The position numbers were made by a program, and so were the translations under genes. DNA of 51,045 nt, the filler included, from Dirinaria sp. TL-2023a (Eukaryota): the NCBI GenBank assembly GCA_051941275.1. It is 3 parts of 3 records of this genome, joined end to end, with 100 filler letters (N's around TTAATTAATTAA, not from the genome) between each part and the next. Parts side by side here need not be neighbours in the genome. Positions count along the whole stretch, not along the records: positions 1 to 16,968 come from JAVEBF010000462.1; positions 17,069 to 34,026 come from JAVEBF010000463.1; 1 more part is not named here. One strand, written 5' to 3'. This document shows positions 12,224 to 24,397 of this stretch, one piece after another (position 1 is the stretch's first letter; each line of letters opens with the position of its first letter). A model generated the notes under the pieces. That model saw only the letters and a list, made by a program, of their open reading frames with translations, was not told the origin of the DNA and searched no databases.

Positions 12224-15200
12224 ATGAAATGCATCAACTCTGGGCTGACGGTGAATACCAATTGGCTCCCGCTTCGCGCTTCCGTTTATTCTTCAACACC
12301 GCCTAGCTTTCATACAGGTTACCTGCAACTCGCGCAGGCAACGTCAAGCTTTGGCTCCCTTCATGCTGACTATCGGAGGCACATTTCGACTAAAGGAAAA
12401 GTCCGCTTGTACAAGAGCGCGAGCACCCTGCCAAGGTCCTTGAGGCTGGCCAACCGTGTTTTGAAGCAATTTGACAAAAATCCCGGTGCTTTCAAACACG
12501 GGTTGAACAAATTACTTCGTAACAAACGGCGTGAGGAACAGCAAAATACCCATCCAGTCCAGGGCGAATCGTTCGCGAAAGATCGACTACCGGGATTCCG
12601 CAAGATGAAATCCTATATTCAATTTTTGACCACCCCAACGGTCGACACGCAGGGTACGGCCCTGATGCTCCATTTCGATGAAAAGCGCTATATCATAGGG
12701 AACATACACGAGGGACTACAGCGAGCTGTAATACAATCTGGATCAAAGATGTCCAAGGTCACGGATATTTTCATAACAGGCAAAACCGACTGGAAGAGCG
12801 CTGGAGGGCTCTTTGGCATGATCCTGACGCTTGCAGATGCTGCGACCGAAGCTAAAGCGTCGCTTTGGGAGGCTTATAGGCGTCGACTGCTGCGTCGAGG
12901 GCAAAATACTGGCGAAGCTGACCGTGGGGCTGATCCCTCCAAAATACCAATTCCGCCATTCAATGTTCATGGTGGTCCTAACTTGATGCATTTATTTGCT
13001 ACCGCAAGAAAGTTCGTTTTCAGGAAAAGCATGCCTATTAAGATCCTAGAGTATGAAGAAGCCCCGGTAGAACAAGGAAGCCAAGAGCGCCAACCGGACT
13101 GGGTGGATAACTGCGTTCAGGTATGGACTTTGGCTATAAATCCTTCTGCCACTGGTACTACTGCTAGTCCTACCCAATTATCCTCCCAGACAGGTGAAAC
13201 CCAATACCCCGCTTTCGATTCGCTGTTCCCAAACGACCAAGTCATCGACGCCAAGAGGAAGGCAGATCAAGAAATAAGGAGAGGTGTGGTGACTGAAATG
13301 TTCGAGTCTTCCTGGCGCCTGGATCAGCTCGAAGAGCGACCCCTGTCTCAGCTGCTCGAAGAAAAGGAACACACCCCTATGTTTGTCCGGAACCCTGATA
13401 CCAACAAGATAGAGCGCTATCATCCTTCGGTGTCGGATGCCCCTGATACCACTGTAATGATACGTAAGGCGTGGCCGGGCGCGTTGATCCAAAGCTTGCC
13501 GCCTTCTCGACCGTCGTCGACTGCCTTGTCATACATCATCCGCAACCATCGGCAAAGAGGTAGATTCCTACCGGAACAAGCTAAGCAATTGAACGTTGAG
13601 GAGGGGCCTCTCTTCAGTGAACTTTCGAAAGGAAACAGTGTCCAAAGCAAGGACGGCAGGACAGTAACGCCTGAAATGGTGCTCGCTGAAGGCAAAGAAG
13701 GTGGAGGAGTTGCAGTAGTTGACCTACCAAGCACTGATTACGTGGAGAATTTGATCGCTAGGCCAGAATGGAAGGCTACAAATGCTATGACTGGCGTGGG
13801 AGCAATATTTTGGTTGCTTGGACCAGGCGTTAGCAAAGATCAGCGATTACGGGACTTCATGCGCGATCGCCCAAACTTGGCGCATGTCCTGTCATCACCG
13901 GACGATTGCCCGAATCACTTAGTATTCGATTCATCTGCGGCGTCGGCTATACGCCACAACCAGATTGGGGCCCGATATTTCCCAATACCCAACTACAATA
14001 ACGTTCCGACATCACAAGCGAGTCCTATCGATAGTCGACTGGAAACCGCACGTCGTGGACAGATGTTCCAAATCGAACCTCGATTTGAGAACAATCGCAA
14101 CGCCATTATTCCCTTTCTTGATACAACTGGAGTCTTAGAAGCCACCCCAAACCGTATTTTGAACTTGGCGCGCGTTGCTAGGCAAGAGATTGAGAGAGTG
14201 GGCAGTGAAGAGGTGGAAGCTTCTCAACTACTACCAAGTGCAGACGCGGAAATCGCACTTTTGGGCACCGGCTCGTCCTTACCATCCAAGTACCGTAACG
14301 TTGCGGGGAATTTGCTACGCGTACCGGGCTGCGGTTCGTATATCCTGGATTGCGGCGAGAACACTCTGGGCCAGATGAAACGAGCCTATAGTCCGGAAAC
14401 CTTCTTGGAGATACTTCGAGACCTTCGTCTAATATGGATCAGTCATCTCCATGCTGACCACCACCTTGGAATAGCATCCATCATCAAAGCTTGGTATGAA
14501 GAGATGTATGGTGGAAATACCGGCGGCAACACCAAAGGCAAAGAGGCACCATCTGTCCTCGACGAGATAAACAACCCAGCCAAAGTACTCGAAGAAGAAA
14601 GGAGACTTGTCATCGTTGGTCCGCACAACATGGTGCAATGGTTGAAAGAATATACAAGCATTGAGGACTATGGTTACGCCAAGATCGTCCCTCTCGAGTC
14701 TCAATGTTTCAACAACAACAAATTTTCCTCATTAAAGTGGCATGACAGATCGATGCCTATGAATGATCGCCCTGGCTTTGTGTCGTAAGTTCTTCTATCA
14801 TACTCCGAAGCCTTGGCTTACCTGATGTTTACAACAGTGGGCGATTGAGTCGAGCCCTGAGGGGAGCGACTGGTCTGACCGATTTGCATGCCTGCTTGGT
14901 TTCACACTGTTATGATGCACAGGCCGTGTCCCTGACCTTTCCTACGGGTTTCAAATTCTCTTACAGTGGAGATTGCCGCCCATCAAAAGCCTTTGCAGAA
15001 ATCGGCCGGGATTCAACCGTACTTTTGCACGAAGCTACTTTTGATGATGAGTTGCAGGGAGATGCCGAGGCCAAGAAGCATAGCACCATGAGTGAAGCTA
15101 TTAACGTTGGCTTGGCTATGAGGGCCAAAAGGGCTGTACTTACACACTTTAGCCAGCGCTATCAGAAGCTTCCGAAAACGGAAAACATAAAAACTAAATT

Positions 15201-15918
15201 TGTGAAGCTTGAGGAGGAGGGAGTGGAGGATCCTGATGTGCCTCTTGACGAAGCTACAGCAGACACCGCTGTAGAAATTGCAACAGAAGGATCGTCAGAT
15301 GGCGCCGAAGCCGCCATCAGTACCAATGTCGAAAGTTTGATGAACCAGTCTTCCTCGCCGCAGCAGAGTAAACAGGTCGAAAATCAGACCTTTTCATCAC
15401 CTGTTGCAAAAGCCCCCACCTTCGGAAAGGCAAAGACCACTTCAGTTCCAGAGAGACGCACGCCCTCGGAAAGCCGCTCTGGAACCACTCCAGCGCGAAG
15501 CCCTTCTCGTACTCGGCGTAGGACGTCTGTCGTCTCAATCCCTGCCTCGGCGGCCCAAGACATGAGGATTTGCGTCGCCTTCGATTACATGAAGTTGAAA
15601 GTGAAAGAGATCGAGCACATGGAGCAGTTCACCCCCGCCTTGAGAGAATTGTACAAGGCAGGAGATATTGAAGAACGAGCCGCCAACGCAGCCGCTGTAG
15701 CCGAGCAAGAAATGAATAAGAAAGCGAAGAGGAAGAAAAACCGGAAACAGGGCGATGAGGAGAACAGTGATAAGAAGCCGAAGAGAGAAGGCGGCAAGGA
15801 CAGAGCTGAAGTCGGTCAGCGGACACGGACAATAGCTCCGCAAGGAAACCTCGTCGAGAGAGGAGGAGCGGATCAAGAACAATTGACGCGTCAGCAGCCT
15901 TCCACTATTTCTAAATAA
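12224..15918 (+). CDS. TRZ1: tRNase Z, long form (tRNA 3' endonuclease; 2 exons)
   Basis: Motifs LGTGSSLPSKYRNV, LDCGENT, SHLHADHH (HxHxDH), YSGDCRP, LLHEATF, HST and LTHFSQRY. Intron 14785..14837 (GTAAGT...CAG). In-frame ATGs at 12224 and 12605. Confidence 0.93.
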
Positions 15919-16968
15919 TACATGTCCAATCAATGCTCTCTTCCAGATAGTCGAATTATGGATCAGTCTCAACGCTTGACGGCATCCGGCAGACGACGCT
16001 CGTAAAGTAACTGGTGGGCTATTCCAGCTATGCTTTGGCAGGTACCGTAGAGGAATAGAGCAATACTTGTCAGCAGAGCGCGAATACCATTGAGTATTCG
16101 ACGAAGGCTCTTCCTAGTATCAGAGGACGCAAGTCGGCCGCATGCGTTTCCATATTCGAAATCACTTGCTACACACACCGAAGTCTTCACCCAAAGTGTC
16201 TTCTTGGAAACTCGTTACGGATCAACGGATGAGCGGAAACGAATCCTCCCCTCAAAATAGAAATAAACGGTATTGTAATAGCCTGTCTAGCATTGACAGA
16301 ATAATCCTTAGAAAAAAAAAAAAAAAAAAAAAACTCCAGCACCTCCCATCTCATCTCAAACCTCAACCATATAGTCCTATTAGCCTCTACCGGACACTCT
16401 GTTGTGAGGCTGATAGTAAGAACCTCCTTAGCTTAAAAAAACAAAAACAAAAATCAAATAAACCCATTCTCCACTCTCTCCAATTCTCATATCTCAAACG
16501 AGCGCCCCAAAATAAAAATAAAAAAGAAAAGGGGGCGAAGCGGTCTCTAGCATAAATACCTCCCTCACTCCCCATCATTCCACGCTGCCACAGTAAAGTA
16601 GAGAAAAACCCAGAATCCATGATCGTCCGCCTCACTCATGAATCAGTATTTCACGCGCGCAGCGATTATTCTAGATGCTAGTCATAATCTGCTTACATCC
16701 ATAGATATATAGATAGTTCTACAGAAAAATGGACAATAAATAGAAAGAAGCCCGTATGGTTTTCATGTTATCTATCTTACTTCTCTTCTTTTCAATCTCG
16801 TAACCTCGCGAATCAGATTGTGCCTTGAACGTCATTCTCTGCTGCTTCCCGGCGGAGCGGCGGAGATAGATACATTCATGTATATATATATGTATATTTA
16901 CTGAGATTTTTCTCTCTCTCTCTCGAAGGGGGGGGATAGATTGTGATCTGAACGAAATAAGAATGTGG

Positions 16969-17068
16969 NNNNNNNNNNNNNNNNNNNNNNNNNNNNNNNN
17001 NNNNNNNNNNNNTTAATTAATTAANNNNNNNNNNNNNNNNNNNNNNNNNNNNNNNNNNNNNNNNNNNN
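16969..17068. other. Assembly gap with artificial linker N44-TTAATTAATTAA-N44
   Basis: Exactly 100 bp; the central 12-mer has stops in all six frames; an identical construct occurs at 34027-34126. Confidence 0.97.
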
Positions 17069-17563
17069 GGGGGAGAAGGGGGGGGTGAGATTGTTAGGCA
17101 AACGTTCGAAAAATTCGGGATTCGGCCGAGGAGCTCATAGGGGCATGCACAAGGCCGGAGGCACATCTTCGGCCCGCCGTTTTCCCTACTCCTCGAGCGG
17201 ATAACTTAAGGTACATGTAAGTTACCCCGACCGGAGCCACAGACCTGGTAAACTGCCTTAGGTGAGGTATAATCTTTTAGCAGCGTACAGTACCGTAAGA
17301 TACCTGTATCAAGCGAAATTTGAGCTCTGCCAAGACCGAGCGAGTTACCTTACTAATGTACCTTACCTACTTTGTTACTTTACCTTAATCCCAAATTGCC
17401 GAATCTGTCAACGTAGATCCGGAGGGTGCATCACTCTACTCACCTCATCCCAGTTAATATTGGCGAGATTCTGCCTAGTAAACTTGATAAATGTGTAATT
17501 AAGCAATTCCTGCTCATTTTCTCGACGAGTTCTTCCCGGAAAATATCTTCATCGACGTGTGCC

Positions 17564-19146
17564 ATGGATCTACTACAGGTTACTAGCACACCTTCAGTGC
17601 TGCAATGGCGATCGCTAACAAGGCTTACAGCGTTTGGCCCGGTTTTTGGATAGGCCCCTATTCCCTTGGAAACGTCTCATAGTTGGTTTCTCTCTGGCCC
17701 AGTACATCTTCGAAGGCTTTCTGTCCTACCGCCAATACGGCATACTCCGCCAGACGAAGCCTCCGAAATCTCTCGAAGGAGAAGTCTCGCAAGAAGTCTT
17801 CGACAAGAGCCAGGTATGATATACGTATACAGACCGATGTTTTTCTGTCAGGCTAACTTCGTAGCAAAGGCATACGGGCGCGCAAGGTCCAAGTTCGGCG
17901 CTGTCTCGTCCCTGTATGGGCAGATCCAAAATTATGGAATTATTTATTACGACGTCCTTCCAAAACTGTGGGCTTTGACAGGTACCTGGCTGGTCCGCTA
18001 TTTTCCTCGCGGTTATACTGGTGAGATCACGCACACCCTCCTTTTCCTCTTTACGTACAATCTCATCTTCACAATGGCCAATTTGCCCACCTCATACTAC
18101 GGTATTTTTGTACTCGAGCAAAAATTTGGATTCAACAAGCAGACGGTGAAGCTATGGATCACAGATATGATCAAAGGTCAGGCGCTTGGGGTTGCATTCG
18201 GCATACCTCTGTTGAGCGGCTTCTTGGCAATCATCCAAAAGACGGGCAACCAATTCTTCTTCTACTTGTGGCTTTTTGCCGTTGGGGTACAACTCGCCGG
18301 TATTACCATCTACCCGATCTTAATCCTGCCGATGTTCAACAAGTTGGCGCCTCTCCAGGAAGGTCAACTTAAAACTTCAGTCGAGGCTCTTGCGAGAAGA
18401 CTTCAATTTCCGTTGAAGGAGCTGTACGTGATTGATGGGAGTAAACGTAGTGCGCACAGCAATGCCTACTTCTACGGCCTACCATGGAAGAAGCATATCG
18501 TGATCTACGATACTCTAATCGAAGGGAGTGAGACTGAGGAGGTCGTGGCGGTCTTGAGCCATGAACTCGGACATTGGAGCCTTGGCCATACAACAAAGCT
18601 ATTCGGGATTGCCCAGGTACTGCTTCACAGATTCCTAGTTTGAGCAGACTAACATGCAGTTAGTTCCACACTCTGTACATCTTTGCCCTATTTTCGGTGT
18701 TTATCAACAATCGCTCCCTCTACGAGTCATTCGGCTTCTACAAGGAGTACCCCATTATTATTGGATTTTTACTCTTCTCTGATGCACTAGCGCCAATGGA
18801 TACTGTTGTGAAGCTGTTGATGAATGTCTTGAGTAGAACCTTTGAATTTCAAGCCGGTAAGTCCTCGCTGAGCTTGTAGATAAGTCTGTTTATCTACTGA
18901 CCTGCCTCAGACGAATTTGCCGTGAAGCTCGGGTATTCGAAGGAGCTCGCGAAATCTCTCATCAGGTTGCAAATTCAGAACTTAAGCACGATGGATGCGG
19001 ACTGGATGTATGCAAGCTATCACTTCTCACATCCAATCCTTCCGGAAAGACTTGGCGCTTTAGGGTGGTATGGTGACGGGGAAAAGGGTTTGGACAAGCT
19101 GAAAGATAGCGATAAGCCAATCAAGACTTCCGGCAGGGAGTTATGA
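17564..19146 (+). CDS. STE24: CAAX prenyl protease 1 (M48 zinc metalloprotease; 5 exons)
   Basis: HELGH zinc motif, YVIDGSKRSAHSNAYFYG and HFSHPILPERL; C-terminus GREL. Introns 17579-17630, 17814-17869, 18617-18663, 18857-18910. Confidence 0.95.
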
Positions 19147-19273
19147 TCGGTGGCCGCCAGGTCGTGGGTCCAATAGGGACGGCTGCGTTGTACATCCCGT
19201 AGTAGACTCTTGTGGAAAATGCCTAAGCATCTTTTACTACCAGTCGCTTGAGATTGTACCGCATTCAGATACT

Positions 19274-19906
19274 TCAATGCGCGGCGGCTTTGTCCTTCCT
19301 CTTCGCCTCATCGGCTCTCCGTTGCTGAAGTTTTCTTGTTTTCTTTCGTCTTTTTCGTTCCTTATTGGCTGCACTTTTCGTCACCTCCACATCCGGCGCT
19401 CTGTAGCCATCACCCACATCACCCACAGTATTGTCCCTTTCTCCTATCTCCCCTTGTGTGACCTCCTGCTCCCTATCAAACTCCGTCTTGTCCTGCCATT
19501 CAACTTTGTTATCATCAGCAACGCCGCTGCCCCCGCCGCCCAGGCCTCCTACTGACGCATTGGGAGCGTCAAATCCCTCAGACGGTATTCCAGGCATACC
19601 ATCACTAGCCACCAACATATCCGGTAGCCCTTCCCCTCCATACCTTTGGAAGGTAAGATCGGCCCCTAATTGCTCACCTTTCAACCCGGCTTCAACACGC
19701 TTGAGATTATGTAAAACAAGCCCCATACTATGAGCGCCCGATGAAGGCGTTACTGGCCCGCTTTCTGTCAGTAAAGCATTAGGATGGAGATATGCCTCGG
19801 TCGCGGCCGCAGCAAGGTATGAAGAGAGGAGGGAAAGGGCATGGGATTGGGAGATTCGTTCTGTAGAGTGATGATGGTAAGGTGGGTAGGAGTTGAATGC
19901 CGCCAT
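19274..19906 (-). CDS. Conserved fungal protein, possibly RNA polymerase I subunit A14-like
   Basis: 210-aa intronless ORF. The pattern ALSLLSSYL...LHNLKRVEAGLKG resembles the two-helix Rpa14 core; tail is Lys/Arg-rich and NLS-like. The family call rests on remembered similarity only. Confidence 0.6.
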   Translation of the reverse strand: MAAFNSYPPYHHHSTERISQSHALSLLSSYLAAAATEAYLHPNALLTESGPVTPSSGAHSMGLVLHNLKRVEAGLKGEQLGADLTFQRYGGEGLPDMLVASDGMPGIPSEGFDAPNASVGGLGGGGSGVADDNKVEWQDKTEFDREQEVTQGEIGERDNTVGDVGDGYRAPDVEVTKSAANKERKRRKKTRKLQQRRADEAKRKDKAAAH

Positions 19907-20175
19907 CACCGGCGGAACCGTCCAAGATTTGCGGGTTCGAAGTAGCCCCGAGTTTGAGGTGTCAGGTCGTCTGAGGATTTCTGTAGTGGGTAAGGTGCAT
20001 TATTCACAGTACTGTTGGTATTTGTGGAAAGTACATGTACTTAAGGTATCTAAGGTACCTACTGTAGCCCTTCGATTATTGCATGGCGCCAAGACAAAGT
20101 AGCCGCCGAGCCGCCGCGAGCGCGCGGAAATTACATAATGTACGTACTCGTACCTAAGAGGCCGCAGGTACTTGG

Positions 20176-20718
20176 ATGAAGTATTTTTGGCGATTCCATA
20201 CTTGTATCGCGTTCGAAATATCGAGCCGTTTAAGGCGGAGGCTCAGTCTCCAAATTCCGCGAATGATGGCGCTGTTACTTCCACGGTACGCCTTTCGCCT
20301 TTCTCTCCACTACACCAAATCTTACTGCCGGTTAGAGACCCCTCCCCGACATCCTGTTCCGCGAATCGAGGGAAGGCTTCTACAGAACTAAATCTATGCG
20401 AACAGTTCCATCTCTACCCATTCTCCATGCCGACCATCCATGCATCTATCCTTCTCTCATCGCCCAACTCGAATATCTCCAAACACAGCAACAGTCATAT
20501 TAAATTCCAACCACCCTTTGCCAGACCTCCCATTGCGCATATCCTCGCACCCTTCATTTGCAAACCAACAGATCAGGTGTGGACCCAGGAGGACATATAA
20601 CCCCAGCAACCGAGTCAGGAAGCGAAGGCATGGGTTTCTGGCGAGGTTGAGGTCAAGGACAGGAAGGATGATTCTCAAGCGCAGAAGGCTCAAAGGGAGG
20701 AGTACACTAAGTCATTAA
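20176..20718 (+). CDS. MRPL34: Mitochondrial ribosomal protein bL34m (2 exons)
   Basis: C-terminal [42 protein letters not shown] is the L34 signature. Intron 20286..20405 (GTACGC...CAG) keeps the frame. Start is at 20176 or 20263. Confidence 0.88.
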
Positions 20719-21164
20719 TCAAGGCGAGAATATTTCAGGGCACAAGGCTGTGATAAGACTAGCAGAGCTCAATGCCGGTGTCGAATTCGAAGAAAACCGA
20801 CCCCGAGACTTTTTAGCGCTGAAACAAGATGGGATATCGGGATCTTGGTAACACACTCGACTACAAAGACCAGAACGTCAAATTCACTTTCGCTGTAGAG
20901 CGAAACTTTCGACAGCACAAATAAGTCGCGACCAGAGTTGACTCGATGCTCAGTACATGTAGTCAAGCAGTATAAAGCTTCAATATCAACAATAGCGCTT
21001 GAGCGATGCTAGCGGTCAAAGCCCGTTAGGGGAAATTAGGAGATTCAAGGAAGTGTCCAGGCGGAAACAGATGTTGAATGTGAATCTATTCCCATTTTAA
21101 GCTCATGACGCGGGAGGTATGAGCATGTTGGGCATCACAAGATATATACATTAAGACTATCTAT

Positions 21165-24100
21165 TCACGCATCGCTTTCGCTCACACCTTCTAGTCCGCC
21201 TTCTTCTTCGCTTTCCAGATCATCATGATCATCGTCATCTTCATCATCATCATCATCTTCCTCTTCTTCATCGCCTTCGTCCAATTCATCTACTCCGTCC
21301 GGAGCCTTCAAACCGTAATCATCTTGGAATGAGGTGAGGGAACGTACCTGAGGCTTAAAGCCAAGTCTCTCGAAGCCTTCTTTCAATCCTTCCTCCATAA
21401 CCGGCGCACAAGTTACGACAAGGTTTGCCGTCTCTCCCTTGAAAATTGGCAAAAGGAATTCGCGAATGACCTCTTTGATCTCTTGCACCTTCACGTCTCT
21501 CACTTTTTGTAGGATGGTCTGATTCCAGTCTGCCGGTAACCCTCGTATAACCTGTCGAACAAAACTTGACTGAGCTGCGCTGGCCATAGTAGATTGTGCG
21601 TTGGCAAAAGCCAGCACAATACTACTAATGGCTCCTTCCAGGGCGAGATCATCAAATATCGTGCTATCGTTCACGAATTTTTCGATGACGTCTTTGCTGG
21701 CGCTGAAGGCTTTGTGGGCATCAGGCGAGCGGTAGACGTCGAAAGATATTTGGCCAGATTCAGTGTATCTGGAGAAGCTAGTACCGTAGGCCAGCCCAGT
21801 ACCCCTCACCGCGGTCCACATTGGTCCCTCGACCGCATCAAGGTAGGCAACGGTGACCATGAGGACGGGAAGTCGAGGGTCGCCAAAAGACGATGGGCCT
21901 TTGGCAACTGCGACGGCAAATGAGGAATCAATGGTCGGGAGCGGGACAATGTAGGCCGTATTGCCCGGATTCATTCCGGCTTCGCTAAGACGCGAACGTC
22001 GGCTTTCGATTGGTTTCAGCGGATCTGACGTGTCAAGTCCGTCCAACAGAACCTTCCAAGACGATGCTGGTCGGGGAAGTTTCTGGAGATCAGCGGTCAC
22101 CAGGACACGGAAATTGGAGAACCGGAAAAGGGCACTTCGAATCTCTTCAAGCTGGGAGAGCACTGTATTAGGGGAGTCTTCAAGAAGTCGTCTGACTCGT
22201 CTGAGATAAACAGCTCGAGTCAATGTTCCTCGAGCACGAGTAATGGAGGCTGGCTCGGTATTGATTGTGTTCTCAATGCTGTACGCCATGCTATTGCCGT
22301 CTCGCTTCTCCTCTGGGATGTCCGCTAAAAGTCTTGTGGTGATGGCCTTGATCCGCGTCAGATCGAAAATACCGTTCTCCAAAAGATCTCTCAGCCACTC
22401 GATGGCTGTTTCGTACTTTTCGGGTTCTACTTGAAAACGTATGGCAAGTATCTCAGGGTTGCCTAGGAACGAACCAGAGTCTACTCGATAGGAAACAGTA
22501 TCGTTCTCCAAAGCCATTATCACTTGCTCGAATTCCATCTTTTGGCCGTGCCGCATTAGAGGTGAGTTGAAGAGGTTCTCAAGATAGATTGACAAGAGTG
22601 GACGAAGCACTACGGGGATAGATTCTGTTCCCAGAAGTAACGTTAAGTGTACAAAGTTCGTTGGCACATGCTCGAAGTGGATAAAGAGTGGAAGACCGGC
22701 ATCATCGCCGTCGATGATGGTTTGAATGGGATTTTCAATCGCTCCCATCCGACGTGCAGCGCCTGACCTTGCTGTAACCGTAGAGATAAAATGAATTGAC
22801 GAGGTGTCAGGTACTTTGAAGCTCTTTAGGATATCCTGTGGGATTTCTCGGTCATTCTCCGACTTTGCCTGAGCTAGCCTCTTCCGCAACTCGCGGAGAC
22901 CTTCCTCACCTAGCCGTTCCTTTTGCGCCGCTACTCGTGCGCGCTCATCATCTCTGAGTTTACTCGATAGCGCAGCGGAGGGTCTACCCAAGATAACCAC
23001 ATGGGGCGCATCTGCTATCCATTTTTTAAAGAAGGCTTGCCATTGACCATCTGTCCATGTTTCTAAAACGTCGTATTCTCGAAGGGTCTCGAGATCTTGG
23101 AGAGTCGACCCGTCACGATCGCCAAAGAGGAAATCTTTGATAATAGCGTCTGCGAAAATAGAGCCAGAACTCTCACTGGCAGACTTTACCTGCCGTCTTT
23201 CACGTCTTAAGCAGTCTTTAATGTAGTTCAAATCGAAGTCTTTGGTTGCGATCTCTCCTAGAAGCTCGAAAAAGCGGGTTTCCACCTCCGACAGCTTCTC
23301 TGTAGCGACACTGCTTAGGGAAATCTGTATGAGCGTACTCGGTCGTGCCTCGGTGGAGTAGAACACGGCCGTCGCTAACTGTTCCCTTTCTACCAGAACG
23401 TTCTCCAGTACGGAAGCTGATGAGCCGGCAAGATAGGTTAGGAGGATGTTCAGAGCGGCTGATTCTATGGTGCTGTTCAGATTTGGGCCAAAGTAGCTGA
23501 TCAATATCTCTCCAGTTTCCTCGTCTTCTTCAGGGAATTCCACTGTAGCCCTTGACGACTGCTTGAGCAACGGCGCTGGCTTTGATTCTATCCAAGGTCT
23601 TTTGAAAGGCGCATTAGGCTTGGGTATATCATCAAGGATCGTCTCTTCAAATTTGTCGAGAATTGCGAGTAGATTGTCATGGTCAACCTCACCAATGATC
23701 ACAAGGCACAGGTTCTTTGGTTGGTACATGTCACGGTGGAATTGCCGTATGCGGTCCGCTGTCAACACACGAAGCTGCTCCATCATCCCCCCAGTCTCAT
23801 ATCTAAAGCCGATGCCCTCTGGATAGAGTAGGCGTTTTGACTGCAGTTCCATGAGCTCACTCTGGTTATTCTGGACGCCTTGCATTTCGGAATAGACAAC
23901 ACCTGCATCATGGCCCTCTCCATCGACATGATGAACCTCAGTGTAGCATCCTGCATCTGTCAAGGTTGGTAAAATAACATGTTCAAGATATACAGGGAGA
24001 ATCTCAGCAAATCCTTCCCATCCGGCGGTATCTAAGGTGTACGCAGTATGGTCTGTGGCGGTCCAGGCATTTGTAGTCGAGTATGCTCTTGTTGCGAGCT

Positions 24101-24356
24101 TATCGAGAATACCCTTGAAGTTGTAGGACTTGGAGCCCATGAAACACAAGTGCTCGAGGGTATGCGGGGCTCCGGAATCATCATGTATCTCAGTGGCCAG
24201 AGCGAAATAACCAAGGACTTTCGGGCCTTGTTGATCGATCACAACCACTCTGAGACCGGTCCTGCTCGATTCATACTGCGTCAGGAAGCTTGGTGAGTAT
24301 TCAATCTTGAATCTTTGAAGGGTGCGAAAATAAGATGTGCTGGTCGTAGTCGGCAT
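21165..24356 (-). CDS. M16 (insulinase-like) zinc metallopeptidase, Sdd3/YOL098C-like
   Basis: 1063-aa intronless ORF with inverted zinc motif HTLEH, NAWTATDHTAY and GVVYSEMQG; strongly acidic C-terminal tail. Confidence 0.9.
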   Translation of the reverse strand: MPTTTSTSYFRTLQRFKIEYSPSFLTQYESSRTGLRVVVIDQQGPKVLGYFALATEIHDDSGAPHTLEHLCFMGSKSYNFKGILDKLATRAYSTTNAWTATDHTAYTLDTAGWEGFAEILPVYLEHVILPTLTDAGCYTEVHHVDGEGHDAGVVYSEMQGVQNNQSELMELQSKRLLYPEGIGFRYETGGMMEQLRVLTADRIRQFHRDMYQPKNLCLVIIGEVDHDNLLAILDKFEETILDDIPKPNAPFKRPWIESKPAPLLKQSSRATVEFPEEDEETGEILISYFGPNLNSTIESAALNILLTYLAGSSASVLENVLVEREQLATAVFYSTEARPSTLIQISLSSVATEKLSEVETRFFELLGEIATKDFDLNYIKDCLRRERRQVKSASESSGSIFADAIIKDFLFGDRDGSTLQDLETLREYDVLETWTDGQWQAFFKKWIADAPHVVILGRPSAALSSKLRDDERARVAAQKERLGEEGLRELRKRLAQAKSENDREIPQDILKSFKVPDTSSIHFISTVTARSGAARRMGAIENPIQTIIDGDDAGLPLFIHFEHVPTNFVHLTLLLGTESIPVVLRPLLSIYLENLFNSPLMRHGQKMEFEQVIMALENDTVSYRVDSGSFLGNPEILAIRFQVEPEKYETAIEWLRDLLENGIFDLTRIKAITTRLLADIPEEKRDGNSMAYSIENTINTEPASITRARGTLTRAVYLRRVRRLLEDSPNTVLSQLEEIRSALFRFSNFRVLVTADLQKLPRPASSWKVLLDGLDTSDPLKPIESRRSRLSEAGMNPGNTAYIVPLPTIDSSFAVAVAKGPSSFGDPRLPVLMVTVAYLDAVEGPMWTAVRGTGLAYGTSFSRYTESGQISFDVYRSPDAHKAFSASKDVIEKFVNDSTIFDDLALEGAISSIVLAFANAQSTMASAAQSSFVRQVIRGLPADWNQTILQKVRDVKVQEIKEVIREFLLPIFKGETANLVVTCAPVMEEGLKEGFERLGFKPQVRSLTSFQDDYGLKAPDGVDELDEGDEEEEDDDDDEDDDDHDDLESEEEGGLEGVSESDA

Positions 24357-24373
24357 GGTTTCCTTCTTGATGA

Positions 24374-24397
24374 TGGTGGTGGTGGTGGTGGTGGTGG
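24374..24397. repeat. (TGG)8 / (CCA)8 microsatellite in the 5' UTR of the M16 peptidase gene
   Basis: Directly visible trinucleotide tract about 18 bp upstream of the ATG at 24356. Confidence 0.9.

Noticed and set aside
15969..16968. Short ORFs and poly-A, TA and poly-G tracts near the first gap
   Set aside because: Low-complexity contig end; Lys-rich translations derive from homopolymers, and no gene or TE hallmark was identified.
17013..17024. TTAATTAATTAA palindrome (also at 34071-34082) as a biological element
   Set aside because: Flanked by exactly 44 N on each side both times, so it is a synthetic six-frame-stop scaffold spacer. Adjacency across these gaps is not guaranteed.
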